Shown: piece after piece, positions 11,730 through 21,834 of the stretch
Layout of the letters: every line of letters starts with the position of its first letter
Numbering within the stretch: position 1 is the first letter of the stretch
Assembly: GCF_004010195.1 (NCBI RefSeq)
Contig: NC_057757.1
Location: forward strand, 9,123,657 to 9,169,268
Source: Chiloscyllium plagiosum
Taxonomy: Eukaryota
Reading direction: 5' to 3'
Length of the DNA: 45,612 nucleotides
Notes under the pieces: generated by a model
Told to the model about the DNA's origin: nothing
What the model saw: the letters and a program-made list of their open reading frames with translations, nothing else
The model's database searches: none
Translations under genes and position numbers: made by a program

Positions 11730-14250
11730 ACAAGATGCACTGCAGACATTCACCAAAGATCCTCAGACAACAACTTCCAAACGACCACTTCCATCTTGAA
11801 GGGTTTCCTGACACAATATGTAGACAGGCCAACAAGGTGTGAGGCCACATTGGATTTGGTACTGGGTAATGAACCTGGGCAGATGTTAGATTTGGAGGTA
11901 GGTGAGCACTTTAGTGATAGTGATCACAATTCGGTTATGTTTACTTTAGCGATGAAAAGGGATAGGTATACACCGCAGGGCAAGGGTTACAGCTGGGGGA
12001 AGACAATTACGATGTGATTAGGCAAGATTTAGGATGCATAGGGTGGGGAAGGAAACTGCAGGGGATGGGCACATTATAAATGGGGAGCTTATTCAAGAAA
12101 CAGCCACTGTGTGTTCTTAATAAGTGTGTCCCTGTCAGGCAGGGAGGACGTTGTTGAGCGAGGGAGCCATGGTTTACTAAGGAAGTTGAATCTCTGGTCA
12201 AGAGAGAGAAGAAGGCTTATGTTAGGATGAGATGTAAAGGCTCAGTTGGGGCGCTTGAGAATTACACGTTTGCCAGGAAAGACCTAAAGAGAGAGCTAAG
12301 AAGAGCCAGGAGGGGACATGAAAAGTCACTGGCGGATAGGACCAAGGAAACTCCTACAGCTTTCCACAGGTATATGGGAATAAAAGAATGACTAGAGTAA
12401 GATTAGGGCCAATTAAGGACAGTAGTAGGAAGTTGTGCATGGAGTCAGAGGAGATAGGGGAAGTGCTAAATGAATATTTTTCGACAGTATTCATACAGGA
12501 AGAGGAGAATATTGAGAGACAGGTTACTAGACTAGAAGGGATTGAGGTTCACAAGGAGGGGGTGTCAGCAATTCTGGAAAGTTTGCTGGGCTGGTTGGGA
12601 TTTATCCCAGATTTCTCTGGGAAGCCAGGGAGGAGATTGAAGAACCTTTTGGCTTTGATCTTTATGTCGTCATTGTCGACAGGAATAGTGCCAGAAGACT
12701 GGAGGATAGCAAATGTAATTCCCTTGTTCAAGAAGGGGAGTAGAGCCAACCCTGGTAAGTATAGGTCAGTGAGCTTTACTTCGGTTGTGGGTAAAGTGTT
12801 GGAAAGGGTTATAAGAGATAGGATTTATAATTATCTAGAGAGGAATAAGTTGATTAGGGATAATCAATACGGTTTTGTGAAGGGTAGGTCATGCCTTATT
12901 GAGCTTTTGAGAAGGTGACCAAAAAGGTGGATGAGGGTAAAGTGGTTGATGTGGTGTATATGGATTTCAGTAAGGTGTTGGATATGATTCCCCATGGTAG
13001 GCTATTGCACAAAATACAGAGGCATGAGATTGAAGGTGATTTAGAGGTCTGGATCAGAAATTGGCTAGCTGAAAGAAGACAGAGGGTGGTGGTTGATGGG
13101 ACAATGTTCATCCTGGAGTTCCGTTGCTAGTGATGTACCGCAAGGATCTGTTTTGGGGCCAATGCTGTTTGTCATTTTTATAAATGACCTGGATGAGGGC
13201 GGAGAAGGATGGGTTAGTAAATTTGCGGATGACAATAAGGTCAGTAGAGCTGTGCATAGTGCTGAAGGATGTTGCAGGTTACAGAGGGACTTAGATAAGC
13301 TACAAAGCTGGGCTGAGAGGTGGCAAATGGAGTTTAATGCAGAAAAGTGTGAGGCGATTCACTTTGGAAGAAGTAACAGGAATGCAGACTACTGGGCTAT
13401 TGGTAAGATTCTTGGTAGTGTGGATGAGCAGAGAGATCTCGGTGTGCAGGTACATAGATCCCTGAAAGTTGTCACCCAGATTGACAGGGTTGTTAAGAAG
13501 GCATGCAGTGTTTTAGCTTTTATTGGTAGAGGGATTGGGTTTCGGAGCCATGAGGTCATACTGCAGCTGTACAAAACTCTGGTTCGGCCGTACTTGGAGT
13601 ATTGCATGCAGTTCTGGTCACCGCATTATAGGAAGGATATGGAAGCTTTGTAAAGGGTTCAGAGGAGATTTACCAGGATGTCGCCTGGTTCGGAGGGAAG
13701 GTCTTATGAGGAAATTGAGGGGTGATAGATATAGAACAGATGTCAGAGGTAGTTTCTTTACTCAGAGAATAGTAGGGGTGTGGAACACACTGCCTGCAAC
13801 AGTAGTAGACTCGCCAACTTCAAGGGCATTTAAATGATAATTGGATAGGCATATGGACGAGAATGGAATGGTGTAGGTTAGATGGGCTTCAGATTGGTTC
13901 CACAGGTTGGTGCAACATTGAGGGCCGAAGGGCCTGTACTGCGCTGGAATGTTCTATGTTCTAAGGACAAGGGCAGCAGATACATGGGAACACCACCACC
14001 TTCAAGTTCCCTTCCACACCACTGACCATCCTGACTTGCGAATATATTGCTGTTCCTACACTGTCACTGGGTCAAAATCCTGGAATTCCTTCCCTAAGGG
14101 CATTGTGGGTGAACCCGCAGCAGCTGGGCTGCTGCAGTTCAAGAAGGCATCTCACCACCCCACTTTCTCAGGGGGGCCACTAGGGACAGGGCAATAAACG
14201 GCTGGGCTCACCTTGCGACACTCACATTCCCACAGATGAATACAAAAAAT
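11730..14250 (+). mobile_element. 3' end of an older CR1/L2-clade LINE (11730-11797 plus 13964-14250), split by a younger CR1 insertion
   Basis: ...CCACTTCCATCTTGA resumes as AGGACAAGGGCAGCAGATACATGGGAACACC and ends ...TAGGGACAGGGCAATAAA...GAATACAAAAAA. Confidence 0.7.
11798..13963 (+). mobile_element. CR1 LINE ORF2 (end of endonuclease, RT, 3' UTR), 5'-truncated and disrupted
   Basis: GFLTQYVDRPTRCEATLDLVLGNEPGQ...SDHNSV, VPEDWRIANVIPLFKKG, VDVVYMDFSK, VPQGSVLGPMLFVIFINDLD...SKFADD and LYKTLVRPYLEYCMQFWSP; (ATGTTCT)n tail; several frameshifts and stops. Confidence 0.97.
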
Positions 14251-14339
14251 CCATTATTCTCTCGAGAAACCATACTGATCCAGTTGATCAATTACAGTCT
14301 ATAGGTCACTCCTCGATATGTTATTCTCTATCTGAACCA

Positions 14340-15990
14340 CCCCAAACCCCTCGATTAGATCCCAGTGTGTCATATCACTCTGGAATACCTATTATTCTCT
14401 GTACAAACTACCTTAACGCCGTCGATTAGATCCCAGTCTGTAGTATCACCCTGGAATATCTGTTATTCTCTGTAAAACTCCCTTAAACCACCCGATTAGA
14501 TCCCAGTCTGTAGTATCACTAAGGAGTACCTGTTAATCTCTGTATAAACTACCTTAAACCCCCCGATTAGATCCCAGTCCGTAGTATCACTCTGGAGTAC
14601 GTGTTATTCTCTGTATAAACTACCTTAAACCCCTCGATTAGATCCCAGTCTGTAGTATCACCCTGGAGTACCTGTTATTCTCTGTATAAACTACCTTAAA
14701 CCCCTCGATTAGATCCCAGTCTGTAGTATCACCCTGGAGTACCTGTTATTCTCTGTATAAACTTCCTTAAACCCCCCGATTAGATCCCAGTCTGTAGTAT
14801 CACTCTGGAGTACCTGTTATTCTCTGTATAAACTGCCTTAAACCCCTCGATTAGATCCCAATCTGTAGTATCATTAAGGATTATCTGTTATTCTCTGTAT
14901 AAACTACCTTAAACCCCTCGATTAGATCCTAGTCTGAAGTATCACTAAGGAGTACCTGTTATTCTCTGTATAAACTACCTTAAACACCTCGATTAGATCC
15001 CAGTCTGTAGTATCACTAAGGAGTATCTGTTATTCTCTGTATAAACTACCTTAAACCCCCTGATTAGATCCCAGTCTGTAGTATCACTAAGGAGTATCTG
15101 TTATTCTCTGTATAAACTACCTTAAACCCCTCGATTAGATCCCAGTCTGTAGTATCATTAAGGATTATCTGTTATTCTCTGTATAAACTACCTTAAACCC
15201 CTCGATTAGATCCTAATCTGAAGTATCACTCTGGAGTATCTGTTATTCTCTGTATAAACTACCTTAAACACCTCGATTAGATCCCAGTCTGTAGTATCAT
15301 TAAGGATTATCTGTTATTCTCTGTATAAATTACCTTAAACCCCCCGATTAGATCCCAGTCTGTAGTATCACTAAGGAGTATCTGTTATTCTCTGTATAAA
15401 CTACCTTAAACCCCCCGATTAGATCCCAGTCTGTAGTATCACTAAGGATTATCTGGTATTCTCTGTATAAACTACCTTAAACCCCTCAATTAGATCCCAG
15501 TCTGTGGTATCATTAAGGATTATCTGTTATTCTCTGTATAAACTACCTTAAACCCCTTGATTAGATCCCAGTCTGTAGTATCATTAAGGATTATCTGTTA
15601 TTCTCTGTATAAACTACCTTAAACCCCTCGATTAGATCCCAGTTTGTAGTATCACTCTGGAATACCTGTTATTCTCTGTATAAACTTCCTTAAACCCCTT
15701 GATTAGATCCCAGTCTGTAGTATCACCCTGGAGTAGCTGTTATTCTCTGTATAAACTTCCTTAAACCCCTCGATTAGATCCCAGTCTGCAGTATCACTAA
15801 GGAGTATCTGTTATTCTCTGGATAAACTACCTTAAACCCCTCGATTAGATCCCAGTCTGTAGTATCACTAAGGAGTATCTGTTATTCTCTGTATAAACTA
15901 CCTTAAATCCCTCGATTAGATCCCAGTCTGTAGTATCACTCTGGAGCACCTGTTAGTCTCCGTGTAAACTGCCTTAAACCCCTCATTTCG
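14340..15990. repeat. Homogeneous 71-bp tandem repeat, about 23 copies
   Basis: Unit CGATTAGATCCCAGTCTGTAGTATCACTCTGGAGTACCTGTTATTCTCTGTATAAACTACCTTAAACCCCT, with starts at for example 14635 and 14706. Confidence 0.98.
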
Positions 15991-16535
15991 ATCGCATTCT
16001 GTAATACATTGTACAAACGTATCTGTTATTCTATATATAAACCACTTCAAACACCTCAATTCTCTCATCAAATTTCCGAATGTAACTCACTCCCGGATAA
16101 TCCCGTCAAAAGCCTTGATTAGATTCCACACTGTATCCTATTCCTGGGTTTTTATAATTCCATACAGAAAGCATCCTGAACCACAGGATTAGATTCCAGT
16201 GTGTCACTCATTCCCTGATATGTTATTCTATATATTAACCAATCTGAACACCTTGTTTAGATAGACTGTGAATCGCTCTAGGATATTTGTTATTCTACAT
16301 GGGTTAAAGCCTCCTCAAGTTCGTCAATTAGATTCCAGTCTGTATTTCGGCCCGTGTTATTCTATACATAAACCAACCAGAACCCCTCGATGAGGTCCCA
16401 GTCTGTAATTCACTCTCGGATATCTGTTAATTTATGTCAAAACCTTCAATTATATTTCAGTCTGTAGCTCAGCCCTGGAGATATGTTATTCCTGTAACTG
16501 TTTAATTAGATTCCAGTCTGTATCCATTTTCTGAT
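15991..16535. repeat. Degenerate ~70-bp satellite, continuation
   Basis: Diverged ATTAGATTCCAGTCTGTA...GTTATTCTA units. Confidence 0.85.
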
Positions 16536-16547
16536 TGTTATGTAAGT

Positions 16548-16750
16548 GGAGTCAGAGAAATGTACAGCATGGAAACAGTTTGTTCGGTCCATGCCGAGCA
16601 GATATCCTAAGTAGATCTAGTCCCGCTTGCCAGTACTGGGCCCATATCCCTTCCTATTCATATACCCATCCAGATGCCTCTTAAATGTTGCAATTGTACC
16701 AGCCTCCACCACTTCCTCTGGCAGCTCATTCCATACACATACCACCCTCT
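16548..16750 (-). mobile_element. CR1 3'-end fragment
   Basis: Similar to 4390-4610 (ATGTACAGCATGGAAACAG...CACTTCCTCTGGCAGCTCATTCCA). Confidence 0.85.
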
Positions 16751-16891
16751 TGTTGTATGGTGTTGCCTTTTTAAGAGAGTGGGTCAGGTGTTCGGGCAGA
16801 TGCTCTCAGACCGACTGTGGAGCTGAGAGATCGCACTCTAAAGTAGTCCATCTGTCCCGTGTTCAATTTTTGGTTCCAATGAACTACAACA
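16751..16891 (+). mobile_element. Candidate 5' LTR of a Gypsy/Ty3 element
   Basis: Perfect 7-bp inverted termini TGTTGTA...TACAACA, followed directly by ACTGGAGAGAAG (PBS-like position) and then gag. Confidence 0.6.
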
Positions 16892-17186
16892 ACTGGAGAG
16901 AAGACTGGCAACCAGCCCACAAACTGTGGAAATACTGTTAAGGGAAGGATTTGCGAGAGGATTTCGGCTCAAGCTGATACCAGGGAGGGCAGTACACTGA
17001 CACAGTTAATGGGAGAGCGTCTGGAGCTGACTGCGTTCACCGGGGAGACACCAGCTACGGATAGCTTCCAAACTCGACTTCCACGGGAACACAAAATGGC
17101 GGAAAATGTAAAGCGATGGGACCATATGATAAAGAGACAGGATGTTAGACGCTGCGCGCCAAATGTTTAAAATCATCGAACACCCG

Positions 17187-17543
17187 CAATGTGGAAACAG
17201 GCCCTTCGGCCCAACAAGTCCACACCGACCCTCTGAAGGGTAACCCAGCCAGAACCATTCCCCTACCCTATATTAACTCCTAACTAATGCACCTCACCTA
17301 CTCATCCCTGAACACTATGGGGCAATTTAGCATGGCCAATCCACCCTAACCTACACATCCCTGAACACTATGGGCAAATTAGCACGGTCTATCCACCCTA
17401 ACCTGCATGTCTTTGGATCATGGGAAGAAACCCACACATACACGGGGACAATGTGCAAACTCCACACAGACAATTGCCCGAGGCGGGAATTGAACCCGGG
17501 TCTCTGGCGCTGTGAGGCAGCAGTGCTAACCACTGAGCCACCA
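17187..17543 (-). mobile_element. HE1 SINE with two copies of the internal 53-bp unit
   Basis: A box TGGCTCAGTGG and B box GGTTCAATTCC on the minus strand; duplicated CCCTGAACACTATGGG(G)CAA(T/A)TTAGCA unit. Confidence 0.92.
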
Positions 17544-17636
17544 AGGCGAATAAGCTGGTGCATTGGTGCTGGTTTTCTTGCATACCATTGGCAGCAGGAC
17601 CTCAACAATTCTAAGGATCAGGTGCATCCAGAGAAA

Positions 17637-17727
17637 GAGACAAGATTAGAGCGGTGCTGGAAAAGCACAGCAGGTCAGGCAGCATCCGAGGAGCAGGAGA
17701 GTCAATGTTTCGGGCAAAAGCCCTTAA
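17637..17727 (-). mobile_element. Short PLE pLTR fragment with an AGAGAAA target-site duplication
   Basis: GCTGGAAAAGCACAGCAGGTCAGGCAGCATCCGAGGAGCAGG...TTTCGGGCAAAAGCCCTT; AGAGAAA occurs at 17630-17636 and 17728-17734. Confidence 0.8.
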
Positions 17728-18420
17728 AGAGAAACCCTTGGGGAAGAGATTCCAAGAACAATGGGGTTCTTGGAATATGCGCTGTGCTGATGGCAAAATG
17801 TTTCCTTTTTTTATAAACAGGTGCTACGCAACGGAGAGTCCCTCACCCAATCCGTGGCTGCCTTACTAAAGGTTAGCAGAACGCTGCAAGATACCTCATG
17901 GGGCCATCTGTCTTGTGGCATCCTACAGGCGGCCATCCATTGGACACGACTCGCAAAGAGAGACTGGAGTACAGGGCCGCTTCCGAAATGATCACCTCAA
18001 TCGAGATAGCGTCCGGCAAACGTGACGCGGTTGGGTGTTGGCACCCAGGAGGACCGTGCAGTACCAACCACAGCGTGCTGCCGATATGGCACATGTGACC
18101 CACAAAGGGTCAACGCATTGGAGCTCGAGAACCCAAGGCCAGAATTGCGGGTGAGTGGACCGTATCGCCTGAAATTGCCGGGTACAGCTCCGTGCAAGAG
18201 GAGTGCCCGAAGGAGACAGTGCAGACAACAAGACAGAAGGGTATGTGCCACAAGCAACGGAGGAAACCAGCAGACAACTGGAAGCGCACATCTTCAGTTA
18301 ACATCAGGGGGCGACCAGTATGGGGTGAAGCTGATCATTTCTGAGTTCTCCCAAAACGAGAAGACAGTAAAGGTGGAAGAGGATAATGGTGAAGCAGTGT
18401 CCCTGATCCCCGAATCAATA

Positions 18421-18900
18421 CCCTTGAAAGTGGAGTCACAGGTAGATAGGATAGTGAAGAAGACATTTAGTATGCTTTCCTTTATTGGTCAGAGTATTGA
18501 GTACAGGAGTTGGGAGGTCATGTAGCGGCTGTACAGGACATTGGTTAGGCCACTGTTGGAATATTGCGTGCAATTCTGGTCTCCTTCCTATTGGAAAGAT
18601 GTTGTGAAACTTGAAAGGGTTCAGAAAAGATTTACAAGGATGTTGAAAAGAGACCTAAGGGGCAATGTTTTCATGCAGAGGGCGGTACGTGTATGGAATG
18701 AGCTGCCAGAGGAAGTGGTGGAGGCTGGTACAATTGCAACATTTAAGAGGCATTTTGATGGGTATATGAATAGGAAGGGTTTGGAGGGATATGGGCCGGG
18801 TGCTGGCAGGTGGGACTAGATTGGGTTGGGATATCTGGTCGGCATGGACGGGTTGGACCGAAGGGTCTGTTTCCGTGCTGTACATCTCTATGACTCTATG
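18421..18900 (+). mobile_element. CR1/HER1 LINE 3' end with internal deletion
   Basis: LKVESQVDRIVKKTFSMLSFIGQSIEYRSWEVM and VRPLLEYCVQFWSPSYWKDVVKLERVQKRFTRML; CTATGACTCTATG tail. Confidence 0.95.
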
Positions 18901-19810
18901 GGGGGAACCTAATGGCACTGCTGTTGAAGTCTGCTTGGATTATTACACTGCGTGCAACAGGTGGTGCCACCAAAGAGCTACATACGAGTTAAAGTATAAC
19001 CTTAGGCCAAACTGAGAAAGGCGACTATCCTGCACTATTCTGACACTCTTCGTTGCAGACAGTGAAGTTGAATTGGGTTAATAGGCTGGTGGACTCAAAA
19101 GAGGAGGGATGAATTAGTGTGGAGGTGACGTATAACCCTCAGAATACCAAGCCAGTCCATTTTGGGTCCATCAGTCTCGTGCCCCTGGCTGGCCATATCC
19201 AGAGGGGAGATAACTGCAGTGTCAGAGGGAAATGCCAGTAAATCACAGAGGGACATACCTGCAGAAGAACAGGAGCTGCCTGGCATCCCGCCCTAGATAA
19301 AGTTCCTGAGATGAGGAGATGGTCCTCAAGGAATTTCCAACCCCTCACCCAGAGACCGATCACGTTAATATAACTACAGAAAAATTGTTTTGCTTTTTCA
19401 CTTTTGTAAATATTCCCGTCGATCGACGTACAGTCCATAAACAGACCACCCAAAACCTTCAATCTGATTTCATTCTGTTACTCAGTACTGAATATCTCTG
19501 ACTGTAGCTAAACCTTTTGATCCCCTCAATTAGATTGCAGTCTGCCACCAGGTATCTGTTATTCAACGTAAAAACCACACCAAAACCGTCAATTAGATTC
19601 CAGTATGTGAAACAGTCTAGTGTATCTGCCTGTCAATATTAAAAAAAAACAACTTGATTAAATTCCAGTCGAGAATTCACACCCAAATATCTGTTATTCG
19701 ATATACAATCCACTCTGAACAGCCCAATTAAATTCCAGTCTGTAATTCACATCCAGGTATCTATTATTCTAAATCCTCGATGAGATCCAAGATTGTAACC
19801 CACTCCTGAG

Positions 19811-19938
19811 AATCCTGATGAAGAGCTTATGACTGAAACGTTGACTCTCCTGCTCCTCGGATGCTGCCTGACCGGCTGCGCTTCTCCAGCCCCACACACT
19901 TTGATTCTGATCTCCAGCATCTGCAGTCCTCACTTCGT
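19811..19938 (+). mobile_element. Short PLE pLTR insertion beginning at the hammerhead core
   Basis: AATCCTGATGAAGAGCTTATGACTGAAACGTTGA...CTGATCTCCAGCATCTGCAGTCCTCACTT. Confidence 0.85.
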
Positions 19939-20112
19939 CTGATATATAAACCACCCCAAACACCTTAACTACATCCTAGACTGTAACTCACTCCCGCATA
20001 TATCTGTTACTAAATATATCAATCACCCCCTACCTCCCTGATTAGAGTCCAACCTGTAACATGGTCCCAGGTATTGGTTATTCTATACGTAAACTGCCCC
20101 AAAACTTCTTGA

Positions 20113-20268
20113 TTAGGTTAGATTCCTGACAGTGTGGAAACAGGCCCTTCGGCCCAACCTACCCTCCGAAGAGTAACCCACCCAGACCCATTTCCCTCTG
20201 ACTGATGCACCTGACACTGTGGGACAATTTAGCACCTGACCTGCATATCTTTGGACTGTGGGAGGAAA
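20113..20268 (-). mobile_element. HE1 SINE 3' fragment
   Basis: AGTGTGGAAACAGGCCCTTCGGCCCAAC...TTTGGACTGTGGGAGGAAA. Confidence 0.85.
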
Positions 20269-20599
20269 AGTTTCCAGTCTGTAACTCACTCTGGGATATC
20301 TGTTATTCTATATAAAACACTCTCAAATTGCTTGATTAGATTCCAGACTGCAGCTCACTACCAAGTATCTGTGTCTCTGTGTATACATAAACCACCTTGA
20401 TTAGATACCAGTCATCACCCAGATATCTGATATGCTGCATGTAAAATACCAAACACTTCAATGAGATTCCAGTCTGAAACTCACTCCCAGGTATCTCTTA
20501 TCCTACACATAAACTTTGACCCCCTTGATTATGTTCCAAACTGTAATTCACTCCCAGATATTTGTTCTTCTTTATATAAATCATCCCACAAACCCTTGA

Positions 20600-21170
20600 C
20601 CATGGAATCTCAGAAGAGTATATTCAGCCCATCCAGTCAGGGCTGACCCCCTGAAAAGCATCTCGTCCAGACCCTGACTCTCACTCTGTCACTGTAACCC
20701 TACATTTACTGTGGGCGCTCTATCTGACCTGCACATCCCTCGACACTAAGGGGCAATTTAACATTCATAAAGAGAGGTCATAAATACAGGAGATGTTGAG
20801 GGAGTTTAACACTTTCAGAATGAAAGGTGAATGGCCAGTTCTCTCAGTTTAGGTCTTTCTAGCTTGTTTTAGCTGGAGCAATTCATCAAGCCTCAGCCCT
20901 GATGAAGGGCTTTTGCCTGAAACTTCGATTCTCCTGCCCCTCGGATGCTGCCTGACCGGCTGTGCTTTTCCAGCACCACTCTAATCTAGATTCTGATCTC
21001 CAGCAGTCCTCACTTTCGCCTAGGCAATTTAACATGGCCAACCCATCTTTCAGCTGTGGGGGGAGACCAGAGCACCCAGTAGAAATTCACGGGAACACGG
21101 GAAAAAACTCCACACAGAATCGAACCCGGCTCCCTGGGCTGTGAGACAGCAGTGTTAACCACTGAGCGGC
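20600..21170 (-). mobile_element. Old HE1-like SINE split by a chimeric insertion at 20765-21022
   Basis: GACACTAAGGGGCAATTTAACAT resumes as GGCAATTTAACATGGCCAA...CTGTGAGACAGCAGTGTTAACCACTGAGC. Confidence 0.7.
20897..21022 (+). mobile_element. Short PLE pLTR with hammerhead motif
   Basis: CCCTGATGAAGGGCTTTTGCCTGAAACTTCGATTCTCC...CAGTCCTCACTTTCGCCT. Confidence 0.85.
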
Positions 21171-21189
21171 CCACAAATTCAATCAAACC

Positions 21190-21465
21190 AACTGTTGGAA
21201 TATTGCGTGCAATTCCGGTCTCCTTCCTATCGGAAAGATGTTGTGAAACTTGAAAGGGTTCAGAAAAGATTTACAAGGATGTTGCCAGGGTTGGAGGGTT
21301 TGAGCTACAGGGAGAGGCTGAACAGGATGGGGCTGTTTTCCCTGGAGCCGTCGGAGGCTGAGGGGTGACCTTATAGAGGTTTACAAAATCATGAGGGGCA
21401 TGGGTGCTGGCAGGTGGGATTAGATTGGGTTGGGATATCTGGTCGGCATGGACGGGTTGACTCTA
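21190..21465 (+). mobile_element. CR1 3' fragment
   Basis: CTGTTGGAATATTGCGTGCAATTC...GGGTTCAGAAAAGATTTACAAGGATGTTG is nearly identical to 18550-18645. Confidence 0.9.
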
Positions 21466-21586
21466 GGTATTCAATAACGCATTGTCCGAAGGAGTGGGCA
21501 AATGTGAGGAAGTGAGGTATGAAGTACTTATTTATTCATGTACACGATTCACAATTTACAAATCTTTTGGTAAAATCGTACTTAAT

Positions 21587-21830
21587 GTGATGATGCTGTC
21601 ACTTTAACAAAGTTATGTTCGCATTGGTTTTGGTTTGAACAGAGGTCATAAATTCAGGAGGTGTTGAGGAAGTTTAACAGTTTCACAATGGAAGGGGGGA
21701 ATGGCCAGTTCTCCCAGTTCAGGTTATTTCCAGTTTGTTTTAGCTGGAGCAGTCACGAGATGTCAGAGTCCGGAGGAGTTGCAAGCTTCAGTGAAGGATT
21801 ACTCTGCCTTTCTCTGAAACCTCTCTCAAA
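21587..21830 (+). mobile_element. Probable LTR 5' fragment
   Basis: Starts TGTGATGATGCTGTCACTTTAA (TG terminus plus a CTTTAA motif like the other LTR starts). The internal part is also present at 20772-20880. Confidence 0.45.
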
Positions 21831-21834
21831 CAAT

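Larger units (their letters stand above)
17096..19360 (+). mobile_element. Decayed Gypsy/Ty3 gag-protease region, interrupted by an HE1 SINE, a PLE fragment and a CR1
   Basis: Manual translation across frameshifts gives MAENV/MGPYDKETGC*, VLVFLHTIGSRTSTILR/HPEK, FYKQVLRNGESLTQSVAALL, CGILQAAIH, a Zn-knuckle-like QNCG*VDRIA*NCR, protease VKVEEDNGEAVSLIPES (DTG to DNG), and after the CR1 EKGDYPALF*HSSLQTVKLNW. Confidence 0.75.
19440..20600. repeat. Degenerate ~70-bp satellite with PLE and SINE insertions
   Basis: Recurrent ATTAGATTCCAG/CTGTAACTCACTC/ATCTGTTATTC motifs. Confidence 0.85.

Noticed and set aside
11798..13963. Possible active reverse transcriptase gene
   Set aside because: It is 5'-truncated, split over several frames, and has stops and an internal deletion near 13712.
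14340..15990. CRISPR-like appearance of the regular 71-bp, 65-bp and 53-bp arrays
   Set aside because: The whole unit is repeated with no unique spacers, there are no cas genes, and the context is vertebrate. These are satellites.
17092..17102. YY1-like promoter motif AAAATGGCGG
   Set aside because: It is better explained as the start-codon context of the Gypsy gag relic.
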